Part shown: positions 40,361 through 52,637 of the stretch, piece after piece | How the letters are laid out: the number at the start of each line of letters is the position of its first letter | How positions within the stretch are numbered: the first letter of the stretch is position 1 | From: Malacoraja senta | Lineage: Eukaryota | NCBI GenBank assembly: GCA_038087875.1 | Contig: CM075992.1 | Coordinates: forward strand, 684,001-748,000 | DNA length: 64,000 nt | Reading direction: 5' to 3' | The notes under the pieces: model-generated | The model's database searches: none | What the model saw: only the letters and a program-made list of their open reading frames with translations | What the model was told of the DNA's origin: nothing | Position numbers and translations under genes: made by a program

Positions 40361-40361
40361 A

Positions 40362-40395
40362 GTCTGAAGAAGGGTCTCGACCCGAAACGTCACCC
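40362..40395 (+). ncRNA. Minimal type-I hammerhead ribozyme-like motif (representative copy)
   Basis: GT-CTGAAGA-A-GGGT(CTCG)ACCC-GAAA-C-GTC-AC; intact cores also at 49709-49736 (+), about 36038-36067 (-) and about 13969-14000 (-). Confidence 0.6.
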
Positions 40396-41709
40396 ATTCC
40401 TTCGCTCCATAGATGCTGCCTCACCCGCTGAGTTACTCCAGCATTTTTGTCTACCTTCGATTGTTCCAGCATCTGCAGTTCCTTCTTGAACATGTATAAT
40501 CATAGTCATAGAGTGATACAGTGTGGAAACAGGCCCTTCGGCCCAACTTGCCCACACCGGCCAACATGTCCCAGATACACTAGTCCCACCTGCCTGCGTT
40601 TGGCCCATATCCCTCTAAACCTGTCCTATCCATGTACCATCTAAAAGCCCTGTCCCACGGTACGAGTTCATTCCAAGAGCTCTCCCGGGACATAAGTCTA
40701 CAAATGAGGATGAGGTCCCACTGTTCAGTGGGTTTTAAGCTGCACACAGTCAAAGAGTGAGTTTTCAATCCAAGCATTAAACCCAATCTGGAGCGATTGA
40801 AACCACAATTAACTTTAAGAGAGCAAGGTGGAGAGACTGAGTGAAGGGGAATAATGAGCACTGCTAATGTATGAGCATTTTGCCTGTGGTTGGAGTGTAC
40901 CACAGATGATTGTAAGTCCGCCTACATCCTACCACAGCTATATCTGAAAAGATCAAAGCCTCTGCGTGACTGGGAGGTATGTCAGCGTACACATTTCACC
41001 GATCTTAATCACCTCTTTTTATTTTTTGATAAATCAGTGTCGCAAACATGAATCTGTGCAAAAACAAGCCCCAGGAAGTTGGGGAGAGTCGGTGAACGTT
41101 GAGAACATCTCTGAGAGTTGTGGAGCTTTCAGAAACTCCGTCAGAGAACAGAGCAGGCTCTCCGTAATGAGACGGATTGAACTAATTAAACTTGTTCCAA
41201 AGTTCTAAGAGCAGAATTAGGCCATTCGGCCCACCGAGTCTACTCCGCCATTCAATCATGGCTGATCTATCTCTCCCTCTCAACCCCATTCTTCTGCCTT
41301 CTCCCCATAGCCCCTGACACCAGTACAAATCAAGAATCTATCTATCTTTGCCTTAAAAATATCCATTGCCCTGGCCTGCACCGCCGTCTGTGGCAATGAA
41401 TTCCACGAGTGGAGCAAGTCCTCCAAAGACCAGCCTCACCCTTCGCCTCAGCCCTCCAGAAATATTCCAGCCTTCCTCTCTCGCTCTACACTGATCTCTC
41501 TGCATTGTGTTCGCATTCCTCCCTCTCTTCAACCACTGCATTCTGTCCAGAACTTGCACGAATCTAGTCTACCCACTCCAGACTCTGATGCTTCCATTAA
41601 CACCGTTCCCACTTCCATGTCTCGGTGATTGAGGGCTGTTCCAAGTTCCCTCATTCTTTGTCATTCAGACACTTCCTGGTTTCCTGACCTAACCCAGTTC
41701 AACCCGCGC

Positions 41710-42585
41710 AGTCACGGTGGTGCAACAGTGGAGTTGCTGCCTCACAGCGCCAGACCCGGGGTCAATCTTAACGACGGGTGCTGTCCGTGCGGAGTTTGCA
41801 CGTTCTCTCCGCGACCACGTGGGTTTTCCCCGGGTGCTTCGGTTCCCTCCCACACTCCAAAGACAAACAGGATTGTAGGATAATTGGTCCTAGTGTGTGT
41901 AGGATAGAAACATAGACAATAGGTGCAGGAGTAGGCCATTTGGCCCTTTGAGCCAGCACCGCCATTTAATATGATCATGGCTGATCATCCCCAATCAGTA
42001 CCCCGTTCCTGTTTTCTCCCCATATCCCTTGATTCCGTTAGCTCTAAAAGCAATATCAAAACTCTCTTGAATACATCCAGTGAATTGGCCTCCACTGCCT
42101 TCTGTGGCAGAGAATTCCACAGATTCACAACTCTCTGGGTGAAAATATAGTGTTAGTGTGCGAGGATTACTGATCTGAGTGTGCTGAAGGGCCTGTTTCA
42201 CTTTTTGCATTTGTTTAATGGCTATAAATTTATTGATTTAAATCTTGTATATTATATATTAACTTTGTATTGTGTTTACAGGCCTGTTAAACTGCTGTAG
42301 GTAGACAATTAAACACTCTGTGCAAGGATCACAGTGGTGGAGCTGCTGCCCCACTGCGTCGAGGCCCAGGTTCGATCCTGACCTCTGCCGCTGTCTGTGC
42401 AGAGTTTACACATTCTCCCGGTAACCCCGTGGGTCTCCTCCCACATCCCAAAGACGTGCGGGTTTGTAGGTTAATCAGCTTCTCTATATTGCCCCTAATG
42501 TTTAGGGGGTGGATGCCAAAGTGAGATAACATAGAAATAATGTGAACAAATTATCTGGGCTGAAGGGCCTGTTTCCGCGCTGTAC
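41710..42585 (+). mobile_element. Two V-SINE copies, the first interrupted by a minus-strand CR1 3' fragment (about 41905-42145)
   Basis: SINE heads at about 41710 and 42330; CR1 3' UTR in between. Confidence 0.72.
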
Positions 42586-43875
42586 CTCCGAGTGTGACTG
42601 AGGAGTGAATGAATAATGCGATGTAAAGCGCCTTGAGTATTAGAAAGGCTCTATATAAATCCCATCCATTATTATTATTATTATTACCTCTAAACTTAAA
42701 TAGAAGGCAGCTGTTATGTGGGGCAATTGCTGCCATGTGGGACTGGGTTGCAGCAACACAAGGTGATGGGGGCCCAGTGAGCGGGGTCAGTCCAGTAGTG
42801 AAACAGCATTGAAGGGTGCTGGAGATAGAGACAGAGTGCGTGAGGAACTCAGCGGGGCTAGGCAGCATCACTGGAGAAAAGGATGGGACCCATCTTCAGA
42901 CTGAAGGGTGCTGGAGTGGGCTCAATGCCGTTCCTCTGAGATGGACTAAATTAAACTGACGGCACGTCTTGAAGCCACTCGGCGGGACAGGCAGCACCTC
43001 TGGAGAGAAAGGATGGGTGACGTTTAGGGTCGAGACCTTTCTTCTTGACCCATTCCTTCTCTCCCGCTGAGTTACTCCAGCATTTTGTGTCTATCTTCGG
43101 TGTAAACCAGCATCTGCAGTTCCCTCCTACACGGGTCTTGAGCCACGTGATATAGTGTGGAAACAGGCCCTTTGGCCAAACCTGCCCACACCGGCCAACA
43201 ATGTCCCATCTACCCATGTCCCACTTGCCTGTGCTTGGTCCATAACCCTCCAAACCTGTCCTATCCATGTACCTGTCTAACTGTTTCTTAAACATTGTGA
43301 TAGTCCCAGCCTCAACTACCTCCTCTGACAGCTCGTTCCATACACCCACCACCCTCTGAGTAAAAAAGTTACAGCTCGGGTTCCTATTCAATCTTTTCCC
43401 CCTCATCTTAAACCTATGTCGTCTGGTCCTCGATTCCCCTACTCTGGGCAAGAGACTCTGCATCTACCCGATCTATTCCTCTCATGATTTTATACACCAT
43501 CATGGTTAGGACGGTGTATTCTCGTGTACAGCCGTGTGGGGATGGGGCAAACAGTTTTCTCCCCCAATTTGTAGTAAGGCCACGGACCCAACTCCCCCCT
43601 CCGCAGCTCCATTCCAGCAGGGTGCGGCGGCTCAGAGTTCGTTGACCAACGATGCTTGTAGCTGCTGGAGCCAGGCGTGAGGCTGCTCCCTCATTCCCCC
43701 TGATGCTCCCCCTCCCTCTCATAAGGTCATAAGTGATCGGAGCAGAATTTGACCATTCGGCCCATCAAGTCTACTCCGCCATTCAATCATGGCTGATCTA
43801 TCTCTCCCTCCTAACCCCATTCTACCTGCCTTCTCCCCAAAAAACCCTGACACCCGTACTAATCAAGAATCTATC

Positions 43876-46290
43876 AAAGAGAGTTTGTAGAGTGCCTCCG
43901 AGATGGATTCTTAGAGCAGCTTGTAATGGAGCCGACCAGAAAAAAGGCAATTCTGGATTTAGTGTTGTCCAATGAACCAGATTTGATAAGAGAACTCGAG
44001 GTAAAAGAACCGCTTGGAGGTAGTGATCATAATATGATTAGTTTTAATCTGCAATTTGAGAAGGAGAAGGTTAAATCGGAAGTGTCAGTGATGCAGTTGA
44101 ACTATGAAGGCATGAGAGAGGAGCTGGCCAAGGTAGACTGGGAAGGGATCCTAGCAGGAATGAAGGTGGAACAGCAATGGCAGGAATTTCTGGGCATAAT
44201 CTGGAAGACGCAGGATCATTTGATTCCAAAAAGGAAGAAAGATTCTAAGGGGAGTAGGAGGCAACCTTGGTTGACGAGAAGTTAGGGATAGAATAAAACT
44301 AAAAGAAAAAGATGTATAACACAGCAAAGAGTAGCCGGAAGCCAGAGGATTGGGAAACTTTCATAGGACAACAGAAGGAAACAAAACGGGCAATACGGGC
44401 TGAAAAGATGAAGTACGAAGGGAAGCTGGCCGGGAATATAAAGAAGGACAGTAAAAGCTTCTTTAGATATGTTAAGGGAAAAAGAGTAGCAAAGTCAAAT
44501 GTGGGTCCCTTGAAGGCAGACATGGGTGAAATTATTATGGGTAACAAGGAAATGGCAGAAGAGTTGAATAGATACTTCGGATCTGTCTTCACTAAGGAAG
44601 ACACAAACAATCTCCCTGATGTACTGGAGGACAGAGGATCTAAGCGGGTAGAGGAACTGAAAGAAATTTTCATTAGGCGATAAAATAGTATTGGGTAGGA
44701 AGTTTGGGACTGAACGATGATAAATCCCCTTGGCCTGATGGTCTGCATCCCAGGGTCCTCAGGGAGTTGGCTCTAGAAATAGTGGACGCATTGGTGATCA
44801 TTTTCCAATGTTCAATAGATTCAGGATCCTGTGAATTGGAGGATAGCTAATGTTATCCCACTTTTCAAGAAAGGAGCAAGAGAGAAAACGGGGAATTACA
44901 GACCAGTTAGCCTGACTTCGGTGGTGGGAAAGATGCTGGAGTCAATTATTAAAGAGGTAATAATGGGGCATTTGGATAGAAGTAAAAGGATTAGTCCAAG
45001 TCAACATGGATTTATGAAAGGGAAAACATGCTTGACTAATCTTCTGGAATTTTTTGAGGATGTGACAAGTAAAATGGATGAAGGGGTGCCAGTGGATGTA
45101 GTGTATCTAGACTTTCAGAAAGCCTTTGATAAGGTCCCGCACAGGAGACTGGTGACTAAAATTAGAGCACATGGTATTGGGGGTAGGGTGTTGACATGGA
45201 TAGAAAATTGGTTGGCAGACAGGAAGCAAAGAGTATGAGTCAACGGGTCCTTTTCAGAATGACAGGCAGTGGCGAGTGGAGTGCCGCAAGGCTCGGTGTT
45301 GGGGCCGCACCTGTTTACCATATATATTAATGATTTGGAAGAGGGAATTAGGAGCAACACTAGCAAGTTTGCGGATGACACAAAGCTGGGTGGCAGTGTG
45401 AACTGCAAAGAGGATGTTAGGAGGTTGCAGGGTGACCTGGACAGGTTGGGTGAGTGGGCAGATGCAGTATAATATAGATAAATGTGAGGTTATCCACTTT
45501 GGCGGCAAAAATAAGGGGGCATATTATTATCTCATTGGGATTAGGTTAGGCAAGGGGGAGGTGCAGCGAGACCTGGGCGTCCTTGTACACCAGTCACTGA
45601 AAGTTGGCGTGCAGATACAGCAGGCAATGAAGAAAGCTAATGGAATGTTGGCCTTCATAACAAGAGGATTTCAGTATAGGAGTAAAGAGGTCCTTCTGCA
45701 GTTGTATAGGGCTCTGGTGAGACCACATCTGGAGTATTGTGTACAGTTTTGGTCTCCTAATTTGAGGAAGGACATCCGTGTGATTGAGGCAGTGCAGCGT
45801 AGGTTCACGAGATTGATCGCAGGGTTGGCGGGACTGTCATATGAGGAAAGATTGAAAAGACTAGGCTTGTATTGACTGGAGTTTAGAAGGATGAGGGGGA
45901 TCTTATAGAAACATATAAAATTATAAAAGGACTGGACAAGCTAGATGCAGGAAAAATGTTCCTAATGTTGGGCGAGTCCAGAACCAGGGGCCACACACAG
46001 TCTTAGAATAAAGGGGAGGTCATTTAAGACTGAGGTGATAAAAAACTTTTTCACCCAGAGAGTTGTGAATTTGTGGAATTCCCTGCCACAGAGGGCAGTG
46101 GAGGCCAAGTCACTGAATGGATTTAAGAGAGAGTTAGATAGAGCTCTAGGGGCTAGTGGAATCAAGTGATATGGGGAGAAGGCAGGCACGAGTTATTGAT
46201 AGGGGACGATCAGCCAGGATCAAAATGAATGGCGGTGCTGGCTCAAAGGGCCGAATGGCCTCCTCCTGCACCTACTTTCTATGTTTCTAT
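43876..46290 (+). mobile_element. CR1-clade LINE, 5'-truncated, decayed ORF2 (stops and frameshifts)
   Basis: Fragments [90 protein letters not shown]; (TTTCTATG)n tail; nested in an opposite-strand CR1 piece. Confidence 0.93.
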
Positions 46291-48416
46291 CTATCTCTGC
46301 TTAAAAAATATCCACTGACTTGGCCTCCATAGCCTTCTATGGCAAATAATTCCACAGATTCCTTCTCATCTCTTTCCTAAAGGAATGTCCTTTAATTCTG
46401 AGGCTATAACCTCCAGTCCTAGACTCTCACACTAGTGGAAACATCCTCTCCACGTCCACTCTATCCAAGCCTATTTCCTTCGCTCCATAGATGCTGCTGC
46501 ACCCGCTGAGTTTCTCCAGCATTTTTGTGCACACTCTATCCAAGCCTTTCACTATTCTGTAAGTCTCAATGAGGTCCCCCCTCATTCTTCTAAACTCCAG
46601 CGAGTACAGGCCCAGTGCCGACAAATGCTCATCATGTGTTAACCTAATTCCTGGGATCGTCCGTGTGATCCTCCTCGGGACCCTTCCTCAGATATGGTGC
46701 CCAAAATTGCTCACAATATTCCAAGTCTGGTCTGACCAGCGCCTTATGGAGCCTCAGCATTTCCTGTCCCGCTGAGTTACTCCAGCTTTTTGTGTCTTAT
46801 CTTGGGTTTAAACCAGCATCTGCAGTTCCTTCCTGCACACTCTGTATTACATATTTGTTTTTGTATTCTAGCCCTCTTGAAATAAACGGCAGTATATCGG
46901 AGGCTGATGCTGGGTCGTACAATGTCTAGTGGATGAGTGACTCTGCAGCTGAATTGTGCCTCTCCACTGCCAGACTCAGAGCGGCTGGTGAGCGCGTGTT
47001 TCTAACTGAACGCACGTCAACAGGAAATGTTATTGGGGGTTTGGCCATCTGCAGGTTCACAAGTGTTCCTTGGTTTCCACCAGGTTTGTGGCTGCAGCCC
47101 CTTTGACTAACCCCGTCACTTCGGTACGGCACAATGGTGCAGCTGCCTCACAGCGCCAGAGACCCGGGTTCGATCCCGACCTCGGGTGCTGTCTGTGTGT
47201 GTGTGTGTGGAGTTTCCACGTTTCCCCTGTAAACAGCGTGGGTTTTCACCGGGTGCTCCAGTTTCCTTTGGTTTAAACCAGCATCTGTAGTTCCTTCCTA
47301 CAATATGTGCTGTCAGGGTGACAGGGAATGTGTGGCTGGGGAAAGGAAAGTGGCAGAAGTCTTCAGTTTTAGTTTATTGCCAAGTGTACCGAGGTGCAGT
47401 GAAGAGCTAAAAGAGAAAATAAACCAAAATTAAGGTTGTCTTCATGCAGGAATGACTCAATGGTTTATAGAACAGTACAGCACAGAAATAGGCCCTTCAG
47501 CCCACAATGTCTGTGCTGAACATGATGCCAAATTAAATTGATTTCATCCCACTGTACACGATCCATATCCCTCCATTCCGTGTGCCTTTCCAAAAGCCTC
47601 TGAAATACCACTCTATCCAATCTCAATCGTGGGTTCGTTTGTTGTTTCAGGAGTTGCATTCACCCTAACGTTAGCACGCAACAAAAAGCTTTTCACCGTA
47701 CCTCAGTACATGTGACAATAACTAAACTAAAGTGGTAACTTTCAGTGCCAACCTTTGCCGGTGAGTTTAATAGGAGCTGATGTGCATTTGCAGCAGGGTC
47801 TTAGAAATAACAGGCAGGTTGTTTCCAGTGCAAGTCTGTGAGACAAAGGGAAGACTGGTCTCAATCCCAGGGCAAGGTCTGGACATTCACGACATCCAGA
47901 TGAGAGGTGATCTTATAGAATAGAAACATATAAAATTCACAAAGGATTGGACGGGCTAGAAGCAGGAAACATGTTCCCGATGTTGGGGGGAGTCCAGAAC
48001 CAGGGGTCACAGTTTAAGAATAAGGCTCTCCAGAGATGCCGCCTGTCCCGCTGAGTTACTCCAGCTTTTTGTGTCTATCTACATTTTCCCACCATGTCAG
48101 CTCTGGGTGTTGGTGTGGATGACTCAAAGCCAGAACCTCCTGCAGCTTCCCACCGCTACAACCTCTCAGTGTGTGAAGATAGAATGACTCAACGAGCCAG
48201 CTTAATGCCCGGGGTCAGAGTGGCAGGGTGTGGAGGCCTGTGCTAATTTGGTTCTGATTTTGTCTGTGTGAGACTTGTTGTATGAACAGCCCCTCCCCCT
48301 GCTTGATGGACACAAAATGTTGAAGTAACTCAGCGGATCAGGCAGCATCTCTGGAGGAAAAGGAATAGGTGATGTTTCAGGTCTGGACCCTTCTTCAGAC
48401 TGAAGAGTCTCGACCC

Positions 48417-48872
48417 GATACGTCACCTATCCATGTCCTCCAGAGATGCTGCCTGACCCGCTGAGTTACTCCAGCACTCTGTGAAACGTCACCTATCCAT
48501 GTTCTCCACAGATGCTGCCTGTCCCGCTGAGTTACTCCAGCACTCTGTGAAACGTCACCTATCCATGTTCTCCACAGATGCTGCCTGTCCCGCTGAGTTA
48601 CTCCAGCACTATGTGAAACGTCACCTATCCATGTTCTCCACAGATGCTGCCTGACCCGCTGAGTTACTCCAGCACTCTGTGAAACGTCACCTATCCATGT
48701 CCTCCAGAGATGCTGCCTGACCCCCTGGGTTACTCCAGCACTCTGTGAAACGTCACCTATACATGTTCTCCACAGATGCTGCCTGACCCGCTGAGTTACT
48801 CCAGCACTCTGTGAAACGTCACCTATCCATGTTCTCCAGAGATGCTGCCTGACCCGCTGAGTTACTCCAGCA
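48417..48872 (+). repeat. Tandem array, 7 x 66 bp, of the Penelope-derived repeat
   Basis: Unit starts at 48417, 48483, 48549, 48615, 48681, 48747, 48813. Confidence 0.93.
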
Positions 48873-49039
48873 TCTTCATATAAACCAGCATCTGGAAGCT
48901 CTTGGTGTGAGATGGACTGGCTCAGAATGTCAATGTGACGCAGGCTTGGAGTGAGGAGGCCTGTGCTAATTTGGTTCTGATTTAGTGGGGGTGAGACTGG
49001 CTGTGTGAACAGCCCCTCCCCTTGCTCGATGCTCTGCTG

Positions 49040-49242
49040 CCGGCCCACACTCGCTGGTTTAGACGGGAAGCTGTGGTTACAGAGCGAGCCGACGCCAGCC
49101 TTCTGCACACAGCTCAGATCGATCCCCTCGCGCCCGGCACACTAACCCCCGTCTCCTCTCCACAAGCGCCAGGTCCTGGACGGACTCTCTCTCCCTCTCT
49201 CTCGCTCTCTCAGGATGAGGACCGCTTCCTTTCGCTGTGAGT
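49040..49242 (+). promoter_or_regulatory. Candidate promoter / non-coding first exon of the GFI1-like gene
   Basis: Non-repeat CpG-rich patch, adjacent GGAAG (49066-49070) and TGTGGTT (49072-49078) motifs, GTGAGT donor-like site at 49237; the ATG exon has a splice acceptor, so an upstream exon is expected. Confidence 0.3.
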
Positions 49243-49728
49243 ACACGGAGTGAGATTTGTTTTTGACGTTGGAACTGTGCTGAGACTTGGCGGAGATGCG
49301 GCACGCTGAGTTATTTATGGTGCGTCCCAGCCCCCTCACTGCTGGGTCTGGTAGTCAGCTAGCCATGGGATTAGGAATAGGCTCACAGTAGGGTACGATG
49401 CATGGTCACTGACCCTCACTGCCACTGACTCCGACACGTCACTGCAACATGGTACATGGACTCCAGCCCTCTCTGGCAGGCTGCGTTCGGTCACTGGCCC
49501 TCAATGGGAGTGCTTGGTGCGGCACTGACGATGTTCAGCCATTTCTCAAGCGGTCTGACCTCTGCCCACTGCAGTGACCGTGACTGGGGTCGGGTGTCCT
49601 TGTTGGACAACGGGGATGAAGTAGTCTACCCCTGGATCTGGGTCTGAGTTGTGGTGAGCACAGCCTTGCTCACAACCTTTCGCGGCCAAACCCCTCCCCA
49701 GTTCCAGTCTGACGAAGGGTCCCGACCT

Positions 49729-49926
49729 GAAACGTCACCTATCCCTGTCCCCCAGAGATGCTGCCTGACCCGCTGAGTTACTCCAGCACTCTGTGAAACG
49801 TCACCTATCCCTGTCCCCCAGAGATGCTGCCTGACCCGCTGAGTTACTCCAGCACTCTGTGAAACGTCACCTATCCATGTCCCACACAGATGCTGCCTGA
49901 CCCGCTGAGTTACTCCAGCACTCTGT
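49729..49926 (+). repeat. Tandem array, 3 x 66 bp, same unit
   Basis: Unit starts at 49729, 49795, 49861. Confidence 0.92.
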
Positions 49927-50344
49927 GTTTTGCTCAAGATTGCATGGTATGCTATTTATTTGTCAGAGGTACCGAGGTACAGTGAAATTCAATTTTGTAT
50001 ACAGTTCAGTACAGGAATCACTAAACAAAAGAACTGAGATACTTCTTGGATAAGCATCTCAGATACAGTACTCATGCGAAGCAGTAGAACTCTGAGACAG
50101 TATACAGAGTCGCCAGTTTGGCCCCATTTTCAAGTCCCAGTTATTGTAAGTGCAGGGATCTTGATCTGACCGTGAAGGTCTGTTGTCCTGGCAGCGTTGC
50201 AGGGTCGGCCGGGCCAGTTCCTTGTGTCTCTGCAGAACCTGGCTACTGGTGTTATGCCCACTGCTTCCCAGCACCTTGTACATACAACCTTAGCCATCGT
50301 AAACTGAGCAGTGAGGCTTATGATATTATAAACACTGGGTACTT

Positions 50345-51023
50345 CCCAAAGCAGAATGGATAATCTTCGGAATAACGGAAGATGGTCCAGAACTAAATGT
50401 GTTCCAAAAGAAACTAATAGACTATGGGTTAATAACTGGAAAAAAGCTAATCCTAAAATTTTGGAAAAAGGCTCCAATACCAACTATAAACATGTGGATT
50501 TCAAATATGTTCGAAACATTACACCTAGAAGAGATAAGACTCCTCCTGGCAGGTAAACCAGATCACTTCCACCTGATGTGGTCTGTATTTATAGAATTAT
50601 TACAAAAATAGGGTGCAAAAGTACCTTAAAAAAAAAAACTGAGGTCAGGTAAGGGGGGATGAAAGTTGGAGAGTTGGTATGTCCCATTTGCGTGATGCTT
50701 ACAAAAACTATTTGTTTTTCTCTTTTTCCTCTTTCTCTTTCTTCTTCTTTTCTAGGGTCTATTTCTTAACTATTTTTCTTTTGTTTTTAATTTTGTTCTT
50801 ATAGGGTCTTCGTTCTTTCTTGTTGTCACGTTTTTTACACTTTCACCTTTTCCTTCACTTTCTTCTTTCTCTCAATCTCATCCTTTCCCTTTATTAGTGT
50901 AAAAAACAAACGGAGTACATTAATTGTAAGAAGATATATGTGACGAGTACTAATGTATGTGGTTGTAATGTAATGTACTTCTAATAAATAAAAAATTAAA
51001 AAATAATAAAAATTAAAAAATTA
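50345..51023 (+). mobile_element. L1 3' fragment (ORF2 C-terminus + 3' UTR + A-rich tail)
   Basis: Translation PKAEWIIFGI...GKKLILKFWKKAPIPTINMW...ETLHLEE matches the end of the 14517-18153 ORF; TSD AAACACTGGGTACTT at 50330-50344 and 51024-51038. Confidence 0.92.
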
Positions 51024-51189
51024 AAACACTGGGTACTTGCAGGAATGTAGAAATAAGGAACTGCACAGATACTGGTTTACAAAAAACACATAGTGCTGGA
51101 GTAACTCAGCGGGTCAGGCAGCATCTGTGGAGAACATGGATAGGTGACGTTTTGGATCGGGACCCTTATTCAGACTAAATTGTTGGAAT

Positions 51190-51612
51190 GGGTAGACACA
51201 AATTGCTGGAGTAACTCAGCGGGTCAGGCAGCATCTCTGGAGAGAAGGAATGGGTTACGCTTCGGGTTGAGGCCCTTCTTCAGTCCGAGAGTCAGGAGAG
51301 AGGGGGACACAGAGATATGGAAGGATAAGGAGTGAAAATGACAGATAAAAGGGGATGAAAGTCAAGGAAATGTAGAATGGTTCACTGTTGGCTGAGGGGA
51401 AGGTGACAACGAGGCATACAAACAGTAACATTAATCAGGAGGGCAGTGAAACTGTTCGGAGAACTAGGGTGGGGGAGGGACGGAGAGAGAGGGAAAGCAA
51501 GAGATACTTGAAGTTAGAATTCATTGTCCTACTGCTGGGATGTAAGCTGCTCCAGCAAAATATGAGGTGCTGTTCCTCCAATTTGTGTTGGGCCTCACTC
51601 TGACAGTGGAGG
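51190..51612 (-). mobile_element. Penelope-like element 3' fragment (GIY-YIG C-terminus + terminal repeat)
   Basis: Translation LHCQSEAQHKLEEQHLIF...SLHP...MN resembles the PLE endonuclease C-terminus and runs into the hammerhead-containing repeat. Confidence 0.7.
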
Positions 51613-52147
51613 AATGTGTGGTAAGGAACTGCAGAATGCTGGTTTATACCGAAGATTGAAAAGCTGGAGTAACTCAGTTGGTCAGACAGCATCTCTGGAG
51701 AGAAGGAATAGGTGACGTTTCATGTCGAGACCCTTCTTCAGTCTGTTTGCCTTTGTTGTCACTCGGCACCAGAGATGGCCATCAATCTCCCTCTAGAGAT
51801 GGAGTGAGCACACTGCAGGATGCCAGGTTCACCTGAAGCAAGAATGATTCTGTCCTCACCGCTTCAACCTACCACTTGAATCTCAGCATCCTCAGCATTG
51901 AAGGCCAGCGTTTACCATGTCTGTTTACCATTAGTTAAATGTCCATTGGGATAGCGGGAGAGTATTGATTGCATTAATCTTTCTCAGGGTTCGCTGATAT
52001 TGGGTGTTGTTTCAGTTTTGACATTGAACTTGCAAACCTCAAAAGAGTCGCAACTCTTTGAGATAAGGCGGAGGGGGCAGATGTAAGGCTTTAGGGGAGG
52101 GGCAAGTTGAGGTGAGAAGATGGCAGATGGCAAATGTCTAGTTTATT

Positions 52148-52440
52148 TATTAGTTTGGTTTAGAAATACAGCGTGGAAACAGAACCTTCGGCCCACTAAG
52201 TCCACGCCAAGTAGCGATCACCCGTACACTAGTTCTATCCTGCACCCCAGGGACAATTTACAGAAGCCAATTAACCTACAAACCTGCACGTCTTTGGAAT
52301 GTGGGGGGAAACCGGAGCACCCGGAGAAAACCCACGCAGTCACGGGGGGAATGTACAAACTCTGTACAGACAGCACCCGTAGTCAGGATCGAACCCGGGT
52401 CTCTGGCGCTGTGAGGCAGCAGCTCTGCCACTGCACCATT
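52148..52440 (-). mobile_element. tRNA-derived V-SINE
   Basis: Reverse complement of the same family. Confidence 0.8.
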
Positions 52441-52637
52441 GTAGCTGTGACACTATATTCTGCCCTCTCTTTTGCACTACCTGATGGTGTGATTTGACCT
52501 GGATAGCGTATAAAACAAAGCTTTTCACTTGTTTCTTGGTACAGGTGACAATAATAAACTGCTACCAGTAACAGAGGCTGGCCTGATTCATGTGGCATTT
52601 TCTGAGCAGATCCCAATATATTCAACGTGTAGGAACG

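Noticed and set aside
48395..49108. 237-aa ORF with a 22-aa repeat; regular array superficially CRISPR-like
   Set aside because: It is the 66-bp tandem repeat read in frame; there are no unique spacers or cas genes and the DNA is eukaryotic.
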